A DNA stretch of 64,000 nt. Source: Blepharisma stoltei ATCC 30299 (lineage: Eukaryota; Protista; Ciliophora). The notes beneath the pieces were generated by a model. It worked only from the letters and a program-made list of their open reading frames with translations. It did not search any database and was not told where the DNA came from. Position numbers and translations under genes: made by a program. This document shows positions 38,725-51,163 of the stretch, in pieces; position 1 is the first letter of the stretch, and each line of letters begins with the position of its first letter. The stretch spans positions 248,001 through 312,000 of the forward strand of contig CBFDEM010000045.1 in NCBI GenBank assembly GCA_965603825.1, given 5' to 3'.

Positions 38725-41721
38725 ATGGAAGAATTCTCAGCGCTCTTAGAACTACAGCAGCTCTCCCTAGTCGCACAAGTTACACAAAAAATTGAACAAA
38801 ACATCGGAATAAATAGTAAACCCTTAGCTGAATTTGTATTACATTTAGCAAAATCTTCTGCAGACCTACAAGATTTCACCAAAAAATTAGAATCAAATGG
38901 GGCAGATTTTCCTCAGGAGTTTATAAGGCAGCTTTTTTTGTTTATTCAGACGAACTCATCTGAATCCAAAAAACTCAGAAAAAGGAGCCGGAGTAGGGAG
39001 CGCTTGTACGCTGGAAAATTATATGAAGGAAAAGTAAGCAAAGTGATGACTTATGGGGTTATAGTGCAAGGAGATGGATGGGAAGGGATAATTAAAGGAT
39101 CTAAAGATCTCGATAGAAACCAAAAAGTGCAAGTAAGGGTTATAGAAGAAGGGGAAAACCCAGAATTAGAGCTAGTTAGAGCTGAAAATCTAGCATCCAA
39201 TCCATATTATGAAGGGCAATCAGAATATGGAACACTAACTGGAATTAAGCTAGATATAACCAACCGAGTTGCAAAGCCTAGGATTTCTTCACCAGAACTC
39301 TGAGAATCCAAAATAATGCAGGCTGCAGGAATCCATGACCCAAGCATCCACCCTGATATCAGCACAATTGACCAAGAAGACGAACAAGACATAGAAGTTG
39401 AGCTTGTCCAGGACGAACCTCATTTTCTCAAAGGGTTTTCTGCAAAGTCTGGAGGAAGCCTCGCACCTGTTAAAATTGTTAGAAATCCTGATGGGAGCTT
39501 AGCAAGAAGCGCAATGAATCAAGGAATTATGGCAAAGGAAAGAAGAGAAGAACGAGAGTTTCAGCAAAAAGAAGCTCTGCAAAGCATGCCAAGAGATATT
39601 ATGAAAGCCTGGGAAGACCCGACTGCAGCTCCAGAATCCCGCACATTAATAAGTGCCCTAAAAACTTCAAGTGCTCCTGATAGCAGTGACTGAAGGAGCA
39701 AAAGACCTATAAATTCTTCAAGAAACTCTGCCATGATAAAAGAACAAAGAGAGCATCTGCCGATTTATCAGCTAAAAAATGATCTGCTTGGTGCAATAAG
39801 CCAGCATCGCGTTTTAATTGTGATAGGAGAAACAGGCAGCGGGAAAACTACACAAATCACTCAATATTTGGTGGAAAAAGGATATACACAAAAAGGGAAG
39901 ATTGGCTGCACACAGCCAAGAAGAATGGCAGCCATGAGTGTAGCGAAAAGAGTTGCTGAAGAATATGGCTGCAAGCTTGGCACTCAAGTAGGTTACAGCA
40001 TCCGTTTTGAAGACTGCACATCTCCAGAGACTATCATTAAATATATGACAGATGGCACACTTCTAAGAGAAGCTTTAGTTGACCGCAATTTGTCAGCGTA
40101 TTCGGTAATCATGCTTGATGAGGCCCATGAGCGAAATATTAATACAGATGTACTGTTTGGGATTCTTAAGTCTACGTTAGAAAGAAGGAAAGACTTAAGA
40201 CTCATTGTGACGAGTGCCACCTTAGAAGCTGAAAAGTTCAGTGCTTATTTTAATGACTGCCCAATCTTTACTATTGCTGGGAGAAATTTTCCTGTGGAGA
40301 TTTACTATACTCAAGAGCCTGAGCATGACTATTTAGAAGCCTCACTTGACACTGTGATGCAGATTCATCTCACTGAGCCGCCTGGAGATGTATTGCTGTT
40401 TTTAACTGGCCAAGAGGAAATCGATACTGCTTGCCAAATTTTGCACGAAAGAATGTCACAGTTAGGGAACTCAGCTCCTCCACTTATAATTTTGCCTGTT
40501 TATTCAGCTCAGCCTACAGAAATACAAGGAAGAATATTTGAGCCTGCCCCTGAAGGCTCCAGAAAATGCGTCATTGCGACGAATATAGCTGAAGCATCGC
40601 TTACTATTGATGGCATTTATTATGTGGTTGATCCTGGATTTGCCAAAATTAAAGCGTTTAACCCAAAGCTTGGCATGGACACATTAATTGTATCTCCCAT
40701 AAGTCAAAGCTCAGCCAAACAGCGAGCAGGAAGAGCAGGCAGAACAGGCCCTGGAAAGTGTTTTAGGCTTTATACAGAAAGTGCGTTTAAAAATGAAATG
40801 CTTCCTTCAACTGTACCAGAAATCCAAAGGACTAACTTAGCTATGACGGTTCTAACACTTAAAGCAATGGGGATAAATGACTTATTCCACTTTGATTTTA
40901 TGGACCCTCCCCCTGTGCAAACTCTTGTGTCTGCTATGGAAACATTATATGCATTAGGAGCTTTAGATGATGAAGGACTTCTCACAAGACTCGGACGAAG
41001 AATGGCTGAGTTTCCACTAGAGCCTCAGCCTGCCAAAATGCTCCTGACTGCAGTTGATTTAGGCTGCGCTGACGAAGTAATCACTATAGTCGCCATGCTT
41101 TCAGTTCCTAATGTCTTTTATAGACCACGTGACAAGCAGGCCATTGCAGACCAAAAACGTGCAAAGTTTCATCAGCCTGAAGGCGACCATTTAACTCTGC
41201 TCACTGTATATGAGTCCTGAAAGTCTCACAAGTTTTCAAACCCTTGGTGCTTCGAAAACTTTATCCAAGCCAGAGCTATGAAAAGAGCTCAAGACATTCG
41301 AAACCAGCTCCTAGGCATTATGGAAAGATACAACCTCCCTGTTCAGAGTGCTAAAAGTGACTATAGCAAAGTAAGAAAAGCTATAGCATCAGGCTTTTTC
41401 TCTCATGCAGCCCGAAAAGACCCAAAAGAAGGCTACAGAACTCTAATCGACAATCATCAAATTTATATTCACCCGTCCAGCTCATTATTCAATAGAGCTC
41501 CTGAGTGGGTAGTTTATCACGAGTTAGTGCTCACTACGAAGGAGTATATGAGAGAAGTATGCTCAATAGACCCGAAGTGGCTTGCAGACGTAGCGCCCCA
41601 TTTCTTTAAAAAAGTTGACCCTTCAGCATTGACAAGCAGAAAGCGGGAAGAGAAGATTGACCCTCTGTTTAATAGATATGAAGAAAAGAACGCATGGAGA
41701 CTGACAAGGCGTAAAGGCTAA
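38725..41721 (+). CDS. DHX8: Spliceosomal DEAH-box helicase Prp22/DHX8, 998 aa
   Basis: [36 protein letters not shown], terminal WRL. Three TGA codons sit at conserved Trp sites (SSPELW, SDW, VYESW). Confidence 0.96.
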
Positions 41722-41747
41722 TATGATAATTTTATATTAAATTGAAG

Positions 41748-42212
41748 TTAGTTAGGATTAATCGAGCCCATATCATATCCTGCTTCTCCAGAAATCAAGC
41801 TCTTTGGGTTCTTCACGATTTCTTTAAACATGTAAACTAGTGCTCCAATGATGGCAGCTCTGATTAGCCAATTGATCCAGGAAAAAAATAATGCGAAGGA
41901 ATGGATCCCGGATAGCTCATCCCATAAATCTTGATTTTTTTCAGGGGTGCTTGACCATACACTTCCCATTGTAATTAGCCATATTAAGTCTAGCACTGCG
42001 AGCGCTGCATTGAGAAGGATCAATTTTTTGCCGATGCTTTCTCTATCCTCTTCTTTAGCATTGGCATTGTGCCACAAGTAGTAGCAAAGTAGTGCAAAGG
42101 CAAAGTTGAAATCAGTTCTTACTAAGCAAGTGAAGCTGGAAATTACCTAAATAATGCATACTGCCATTCCTAAAAAGCCGTACTCAATGCCTGAAGAAAG
42201 CTTTTCTTCCAT
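41748..42212 (-). CDS. Small multi-TM membrane protein, 149 aa, one intron
   Basis: ATG 42212 plus intron 42147-42161 is in frame with 41748-42077. About four hydrophobic segments; RTDFN and DLIWL motifs. Confidence 0.8.
42147..42161 (-). other. 15-nt intron GTATGCATTATTTAG
   Basis: Removes an in-frame TAG; A at position 10. Confidence 0.87.
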
Positions 42213-42246
42213 TTATAAACTATTCAAATTATTCTTTAAATTAAAA

Positions 42247-43908
42247 TTAGTATTGGTAAAAGCTGGAATTGTTTAATTTCAAGAAAGGTGGAGAAGAAGT
42301 AAAATCAGTCGCTGTATTTATGCTTTCTACATAATATACATTTTTATGATTTTCCAATGTACCTATTATTGTGTCAAGCTTTGAAGAAATATAAGCAAGT
42401 GCATGGTTCAAGTTTTTTGCTGTCACATCAAAGCGGGAACTTTCATCAGAGAGCTGGAAAACAATTCTACTGATAACATTTACAGCTGAAAACACTAAAT
42501 TTTGTAAGCTATTCAACGAAGACTCATCTTTTTCGATCGTGCTTATCCTCAGCTCAAACGCAGCTTTTATTTCTTCAATTTTCTGTGCGTTCAGTTCATA
42601 TGATCCATCTTGAAATTTATATCGATTAAGCTCATAAGAAAGCTCCTTTATTTCTTTATTCAAACTGTCTATCAAGCTTTGATATTGGCTTGCTGTGCTA
42701 CTTAAATTTTCTGTTTTTTCTTTAAGATACTTATAATAAGGTAGCATATCCTGTATAGTCGATATATTTGTGACTCGCTGGATCGCTTTGAATTTACTGT
42801 CTTGCTTTTCTTGGTCTTTTTCAAGCTTTATAGTTTCATTGTGGACTACATGAAACTCTTTTAGCTCAGAAATTTTTTTTTCCAGTCTGATTAATTGTAA
42901 TGAGTTCTCTTTTTGTTTTTCAATTGTGAGGTTTCTTTTGTGTTCTGCAGAAATACATTTAAGGACTTTTTGATAGTCCTGGTATACTTTAAGCTCGTTT
43001 TCTATTTTCTGATGGTTGAGAATTCTGGATCTGGCCAATTCATTTTTCGCTATTTCAATTTCCTGGTTTATATTTGTGATATCAGCAGATATTTTTTCAA
43101 CTGAATGTCTCCTATTAGCTAATTGGCTTGTTATAAGTTTAAGCTTCGAGCTAATTGTGTTTACAGGTAATATAGAGCGGTTGACGTTTTCTTGCCTTTG
43201 GAAAAGCATTTGTTTTAACGTTTCTTGATAATATAGCTCATTATTTAAGCCTTGTGTAAAATCATGGTGTTCTTCTTTCCGAACCTTAAATAAATCTTCA
43301 ATGTGGTTCGGCTGCGAAATTTGATCCTCCATTTCTGTATAAGTCTTTTTAAGCTCAAAAAGCTTTTGCTGCTTTTGTAAAACTTCATTATGTATTTCAT
43401 TGTATTCTTTTTTCTTAGATATCATGTATTTGCTGAGTTCATATATATGCTCTTTCAAATTTTTTGACCTTTCAAGCGCACTTGTATTGCAGGCTCCAAA
43501 ATTATCTCTATCGTTTTGAAATTCTCTGAATTTTTCTTACTTTTCTACTTTTTCTTTAACACTACTAATAAGATTTTGTATTCGCTGTGAAGGAAACATA
43601 TTTGTCGGGGTGCAATTCCCTTATTAAAAAACTTACTTTTCAAGAACTTTTTTCATGAAGTCTGCGGCTTTAAGATATCTTTGTCAGAAAATGTAAAATT
43701 CAGCACTTTACTTGGCTTTTGAGTGATTGAGAAACTGGAATTCAGCCTTTTTACATTTGGGAGACTTGGCGTAGATTCTCGATTTTCAGTTTCAGTAGTA
43801 GTCGTCACTTCAGTAAAGTTAAATATCCTTTTTGGGGTTGGCTTTCTAATTGAGTCGTTGGGTGAACTAATATCAATCAAGCTTGAGCTTATATAAGCAT
43901 TACGACAT
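42247..43908 (-). CDS. Coiled-coil protein (divergent ODA docking complex-like), ~537 aa, three tiny introns
   Basis: ATG 43908. Introns of 16, 17 and 15 nt join 43653-43880 to 42247-43458 in frame. KFKAIQRVTNISTIQDM resembles the motif in 35144-36682. Confidence 0.72.
43526..43540 (-). other. 15-nt intron GTAAGAAAAATTCAG
   Basis: Removes an in-frame TAA; A at position 10. Confidence 0.8.
43620..43636 (-). other. 17-nt intron GTAAGTTTTTTAATAAG
   Basis: Strong GTAAGT donor; 17 nt is the length that restores frame to the downstream exons. Confidence 0.65.
43888..43903 (-). other. 16-nt intron GTAATGCTTATATAAG
   Basis: Interrupts codon 2 (unspliced ATG TCG TAA). Splicing gives MSSSLIDIS in frame. 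Confidence 0.68.
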
Positions 43909-43961
43909 ACAGATTTTATTTTTTATCGAAATTAAAAGCAATTTGAAAATTAAAGACTGAA

Positions 43962-45890
43962 TTAATGGATTATTTCCTTCACTTTGAGAGCAATTTTAGC
44001 AGCGCTAAGTCCATATAAATCCAAAAGCTCATGTGGTTTCCCACTTCTAGGTATTTCATTTACGAAAATTCCCCAGATATTGAAGTGCTCTTGAGCAAGT
44101 GCAGATGTCACAGCTTCGAAAATCCCTCCTGCTTGGTAATGGTCTTCAACAGTCAGTATTTTTCCTTCAGTAGCTCTGGCAGCTTCAGTTAGATGAGCTA
44201 CATCAATCGGTTTTACGCTGAACAAGTCCACAACTCTAATATGAATTCCCTCACTTGCTAATAAATCGTGTGCTTTAACAGCCTCTGCCAGTGTTACTCC
44301 AGCTCCAATTACGGTGATTTTGTCTTGGTCACTGTGCTTTATTGTGTATGATTTTCCTGCCTCGAAAACCTTGTCATTTTCGTACAAGACTGGGAATGCT
44401 GGTCTAGAGGTTCTGATAAAAGCGATTCCTTTATGGTTTGCGGCGAGTTCGACAGCTCTCCAAGCACTTACTGCATCAGATGGATATAATACAATAGACC
44501 CTGGAATTGATCTGAACAAGGCTAAGTCTTCAAGAGCCATTTGGCTAGGTCCATCTTCTCCAATGCTGACTCCACAGTGAGACCCTGCGAATTTCATGTT
44601 CCCTAAGCTTACTGCAGACATCCTAATTTGATCATAAGTTCTTGAGAAAAATGCCCCGAATGTGGAGGAAAATGGAATTTTGCCTCTGCAGCTAAGACCA
44701 AGAGAAACGCCGACCATGTTTTGTTCAGCTATATAACATTCAATGAATCTTTGAGGGTACTGCTGCTGGAAGTAGCAAGCATAAGTGGAGTTTTTAGTGT
44801 CTCCATCGAGGCCAACAATTCTTTCGTCAACACCTCCTAAAGCTCTTAAAGCTTCACCATATGCATTCCTGGTTGCTAGCTGTGCGCCAATAGTATAGTT
44901 AGGAGCTGGAATTGTAATATGTTTAGCTTCAATTGCAGGATGAGTTTCGGTAGGATGGACTGGCTCGCTGGTTTCTTGTGTATCTTGAATAAGACTCGTC
45001 AAGTGTTTTACAATTTCTTCAGTCTGATTTCCTATAGGTTTTCCATGCCAGTTTTCTTGGTCTTCAATAGTGGCGGTAAAGTCTTTCCCTTTATAGGTCT
45101 TTGCAATAATAGCGGTTGGCTTGTTTTTGGTTTTTCTGGCTTCTTCAAAAGCGTAGACTATGTGCATGTAGTCGTGTCCATCAATAGCCAATGCGTTCCA
45201 TCCAAAAGCTTCGAATTTAGCTTTATAGGAATCAATGTCGTGCTGGAACATTGTTGGGTCACTTTGGCCAAGTCTATTGACATCGACGATAGCTACTAAA
45301 TTGTCAAGCTGGTAATGCGAGGCAAAATTGATCGCTTCCCAAACTGACCCTTCGGCGCACTCTCCATCTCCCATAATGCAGTAAACTCTTGCAGAGTTTC
45401 CTTCTAAATATTTCATAGAGTAAGCCATCCCGTTAGCTGCTGACAGGCCTTGTCCAAGTGATCCTGAAGCGACATCGACAAATTCTAGTCTTGGGGTTGG
45501 GTGGCCTTCGAGGTTTGAGGTGATTTGTCTGAGGGTTATTAAATCTGCTACAGGGATAAAGCCAGCCTCAGCCCAAGCAGCGTATAATATAGGTGCAGCA
45601 TGCCCTTTACTTAGCACAAGCTTGTCATTATTGCAATTTCTGGGATCCTTTGGGTAATAATGCATCCCAGAGGGGTCAAAGAACAATACAGCCATCAGAT
45701 CAGCCAAAGAACTGCATGATGTAGGGTGTCCTGAGCCGGCAGCTGTGGTTGATTCGACACTATGAATTCTCATGCGAGTTGCATAGTTTCTTAAAGCCAC
45801 GTAGCCATGCCCAGATTCCAGAGCACGCTTCTTTGTAGTGGTTAGGTTGAGTAAGTGCTGGCTCTTCTGGCTTTTTTGCTTTTTGACCAT
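43962..45890 (-). CDS. TKT: Transketolase (animal-type subfamily), 642 aa
   Basis: SGHPTSC, LSKGHAAPILY, LEGHPTP, GSLGQGL, TPP motif GDGECAEGSVWEA..N, IAEQNMV, SHCGVSIGEDGPSQMALEDL. Confidence 0.96.
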   Translation of the reverse strand: MVKKQKSQKSQHLLNLTTTKKRALESGHGYVALRNYATRMRIHSVESTTAAGSGHPTSCSSLADLMAVLFFDPSGMHYYPKDPRNCNNDKLVLSKGHAAPILYAAWAEAGFIPVADLITLRQITSNLEGHPTPRLEFVDVASGSLGQGLSAANGMAYSMKYLEGNSARVYCIMGDGECAEGSVWEAINFASHYQLDNLVAIVDVNRLGQSDPTMFQHDIDSYKAKFEAFGWNALAIDGHDYMHIVYAFEEARKTKNKPTAIIAKTYKGKDFTATIEDQENWHGKPIGNQTEEIVKHLTSLIQDTQETSEPVHPTETHPAIEAKHITIPAPNYTIGAQLATRNAYGEALRALGGVDERIVGLDGDTKNSTYACYFQQQYPQRFIECYIAEQNMVGVSLGLSCRGKIPFSSTFGAFFSRTYDQIRMSAVSLGNMKFAGSHCGVSIGEDGPSQMALEDLALFRSIPGSIVLYPSDAVSAWRAVELAANHKGIAFIRTSRPAFPVLYENDKVFEAGKSYTIKHSDQDKITVIGAGVTLAEAVKAHDLLASEGIHIRVVDLFSVKPIDVAHLTEAARATEGKILTVEDHYQAGGIFEAVTSALAQEHFNIWGIFVNEIPRSGKPHELLDLYGLSAAKIALKVKEIIH

Positions 45891-46481
45891 TTAAATATTA
45901 TAAGAAAGGTGAATTCTTAGTGATTAAACTTATGGATAATTCTTAAATTCATATCGATCATTCGTTTTATTTATGGGCTGAGGTGTATGCTTTTGTAAAA
46001 CCTTTTCATTTTTCTACGTGGACTTCTCTAGAATAGCTTTTTTTAGAATCTAATGTTTTCTGAACTTTTATTTTTGGCATAAATTTTGCTTTAGCTCATC
46101 ACCTTAGCTTAAAATAAGTTGTTCTCTTGGGTTAAATTTCTAAAAAACTGAAATTTATATAAAAATTGACTTCACTGACTATTGAGTAGAAAATTGATTT
46201 TCCATAAGTCTTTTATTTTAGCAATCACACATTAATTTCTGAGCTCCACTTATTGTAAAGACTGGGAAGCCTTTAAAGTTTTAAGTTTGCATTTTCTATT
46301 GATATATAGTGGAAAAATTCTAATAAAATTGCATATGAAGCAATTGTCTTCTTTTAAAGTTGTATGCATTTTTATCACACTTAGCCTATTTTAGTTAAGA
46401 ATTCTTCCAATATTTTGGTTGAATATCTTGCAAATTAGGTTTTTAATCAATGATACCACAAGCATAACTAATAAAACAATT

Positions 46482-46626
46482 CATGAAAGCGAATTGCTTT
46501 GTATCGCAATTTTCGTGTCATTCCAAATAATATAGAAATTCTCGAGAGTTTCGATTGAAAGTTAACTTCTTCCAAAGTGTTTATGAGGTGGATAAGCAGC
46601 TACCTGCCATATTTATTTGGGAATGG
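46482..46626 (+). other. Candidate structured non-coding element (multi-helix inverted repeats)
   Basis: Four helices pair by eye and their G-U wobbles work on the + strand. No ORF. No RNA family recognised. Confidence 0.3.
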
Positions 46627-46908
46627 GAAGAAAATAATGAATGAACCTTGAATGAAATCTAATAAGCAATTGTTTGATTAATAATCATTATTAAAAATTC
46701 AAAAATTAGGTTTAGCTATTATCGTTTTTATTTATGATTGCATTTTTATATTAATTACTGTAATCTAGTCTAATAAAAAGAAAAATATCCACTACGAAAT
46801 GTCTGTCAAGTCATTATTTTTCAAAAACAAAAGATCTTTTACTTTTCACTTATATATTTTTCCTGTTTGAATTTTTATTACAAGACATATTATATATTAT
46901 CACTTAAA

Positions 46909-47811
46909 TTATTTGCATATTTCCAGCAATTGTTGTGTATACATTTCATTTATTTCAAGCCTCTGCTTTATACTGTTTATCTCTTCTTGAAGTTTTTGAA
47001 GATAGTCCTGCTCCTCAGATTTGTATCCTTTTATAATTTCTTTGAGCCTTTTATTCTCTTCTTGCAAAGAAAGGTGGCTGAAATCTTCGTTAAATTCAGA
47101 CTGGCTTTGCCTAGCAATTTTTTGCTTTAGCGTTTGCACCTTTTCTTCTCATTTTTTCTAAGTAAAAATTACTTTGTCCTCTTCATAACTAGTAAGCTCT
47201 TTGCTAAACATTTCTTGGTATCTGTAAATTTCATTTTCTATAAGATTTTTCCTAGAATTAAACTCAATTTCTGCCGCCTTTTGCCTATGAGATAATTGAA
47301 CAATTTGATCCTCAAGAGATTTATTCGGAGATTTTGACAGGAAATCGTTCCCAGGAGTTGATCACTGACTCTTTGAAGCAGCTGTACTCATTATTCCATC
47401 CATATCAGATTTTCTTGAAGACTTTTGCTCTTTTAATAGCCCTTGAGATCTATTTGTGTTGGACTCAATTCTCGTAACTTTTTCCGCTTTTTTAACAGTA
47501 ATTTGTTTTTTTAAACCTTCCATTTCTTCAAGAAGCTTATCAAGATCAGCTGATTCAGTCTTTTTTCCCGGCTTCTTTTCAGGTTTTGGGATTTCAGAGC
47601 TTTTTCTAGGAGATCGTGGGGACTGACTACGAGATCGATTGGGAGAGTGATTTGGGGAGTGATTTAGTAAATAGTGGTAGGAAAATTTGAACTCAGGAGA
47701 TTTTTTGCGAAGCGAATCACTTCATTGTGTTTCTGGGGCTGGAAAAGTTTCCCTTTTAGGAGAATGCTGGATTGACTTCTGCAATAACGTTTTCAGGATA
47801 TGGTCTGACAT
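46909..47811 (-). CDS. Hypothetical SP-rich and coiled-coil protein, ~295 aa, one intron
   Basis: ATG 47811; open with TGA=W. Intron 47158-47172 joins the 46909-47139 ORF (DK|KKWEEKVQTL). Confidence 0.8.
47158..47172 (-). other. 15-nt intron GTAATTTTTACTTAG
   Basis: Removes an in-frame TAG; 14/15 identical to intron 25030-25044. Confidence 0.88.
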
Positions 47812-48123
47812 TTTTGCAGTTAAAATTGCAATATTTATGTTTTTTACTAGAGCCAAACAATTATATTAATTGATAAAGTACTGTATTTAAGCTTGAAAAT
47901 TTTTGGAAATTCGATAAAATATTATTTATGCACAGCAAGCTGCTATTGCAAATATTAATTCAATACCAATACTCAATTATAATAATTATCGATAAAGCTA
48001 TTTATGGAGCCAAGTATTTTTGAAATTTCCGTTATATATTAACTTTATTAATTATTTCATAAGACTGCTGTGGCTTCAGCAATTATTTTACACATATTTT
48101 TATAAAAATTCGCTTATTAACAT

Positions 48124-49317
48124 TTATTGTTCACCCATCCTTTCTTGAATTCCTTTAGCTGAATCAGTAATAATTTTAAACCCTGAAACTGTCAATTCAG
48201 CGTACTTTTTCATCATTCTTTCATAAGTTTTTATTTTATTTGCCTTAAAAATCGGCAGTTCATATTCGCAAAGCCTTATCATGATAATCCTCAAAATTGT
48301 TTCTAAATCTTTGATTTCATCTTCAATGTCCTTAATCTGAACCTCTGCAGAAGCCAGCTGCTCAGTTTTTGTGGTTGAAGAAAATATTTGAGTAAAGGTT
48401 GATTTTCCTTGCTGAATTTTTTTTAAGCTCTTGCTTTCTTTTTCCATCCTCTTTTCTGCTTTAAGTTTTTGAGCTTCGATACCAGTTCTAGAAGCTAGTG
48501 CTTCAAGTATAGATTTTATATCTTGAGCTTCTTGTTTGGCCCAATCATAAAGTTCAAGGAATGGATTTTCAAGGCTTCTTTTTTCAATTGGCACGTATAA
48601 AACATTTTCATATTCTCGGAGTTCTTTTATATATCCTTTTTCTAGTTCTTTTAGTTTTGTATTTAAGTCACAAAACTGTGACTGAAACACATGAAATTGA
48701 ATTCCGACACTTTTCACACTTTTTTTAAAAGTAGACAAAACATTGTGGCTATTTTTGAAAAATTCATCATAATCATCTAATTTTCGCTTCATTTCTAGAG
48801 TCACTTGACTTCTTGTAAAATCCATAAACAAGTTTTGGTAAGTTTGCGAAATTTCTCTATTGGATATTCTGAATGAATCACTTGCTCTTTCAAATTCAGT
48901 TTGATTTCTTATAAATAATTGGAATTCTTCAGTTACGTAAATAAAATTTATTGCTGATGTGGTTTGCAAAAAATATTCCAGCTGTTTTCTACGTGCCTCT
49001 ATAAATTTTGAAGATAAATTGCCAATCAGCTGTTTTGGAGGAACAGGAGGAATATAACAGCCAGGTCATTTTTGAATTAACTGAGTTCGTAAAGCAAGAA
49101 AGTCAGAATACCTTCGATAAACTTGGAAATTTCCTGAAGAGTCATGCCCTTGAATTCAATATGAAATGTATTTGCTGAATGTGTCATCTTTGAGCGTTGA
49201 GTTAGTTATATATATTTCAATGCCTTGGTTTGAAGCAGATGTTCGGCCAGAAGAGGAATTATATGTCTCATATCCACCATGTAATGGTATATCAACTATA
49301 TCATCAACTGCTTCCAT
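48124..49317 (-). CDS. Sorting nexin (PX domain plus BAR-like coiled coil), ~397 aa
   Basis: YISYW(tga)I..VYRRYSDFLALR..KW(tga)PGCYIPPVPPK..FIEARRKQLEYFL, followed by a helical region. Confidence 0.92.
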
Positions 49318-49648
49318 TTTATATACTGGAATAGCATTTAAGGCATGCTTATTTAATATTAACAACTAAGAATTAGTTAAAATAAATAATTTTTTCAGAA
49401 AGAAGCACATATTAGAAAATCATTAAAAACAAGATTTTAGGGACTAGAGTCCTTTAGTCTTCATTTATTTATTTTCTAATCAGAATGTACATATAAAATG
49501 ATTCTTAAACCCATTGATGCTATTTTCAATTACAAATAATTTTTATTAATCACAATGTTTATTTTTTGCAATTAAATTATAATATTTCTCTTCATCCTTC
49601 TCATCTCCATATTTTTAGCCACTAGCAAGGATTTAAGATTTATAAACT

Positions 49649-51073
<1,425 letters not shown>

Positions 51074-51163
51074 TAAATTAATAGATATATTAATGGCGAT
51101 TTATGAATCTAACATCAGAAATAATATACAAAGAATCCATATATATCATTAAAATATTAATTA

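Noticed and set aside
18530-45890. Metabolic gene cluster (PEPCK, GPD2, TKT) or ciliary cluster (TTLL, LRR, ODA-DC-like)
   Set aside because: The genes are interspersed with unrelated ones on mixed strands, as expected by chance in a gene-dense ciliate genome.
45891-46908. TPP riboswitch upstream of transketolase, or telomerase RNA (TGTCA at 46516)
   Set aside because: No TPP aptamer core on the sense strand, and no telomeric template after TGTCA.
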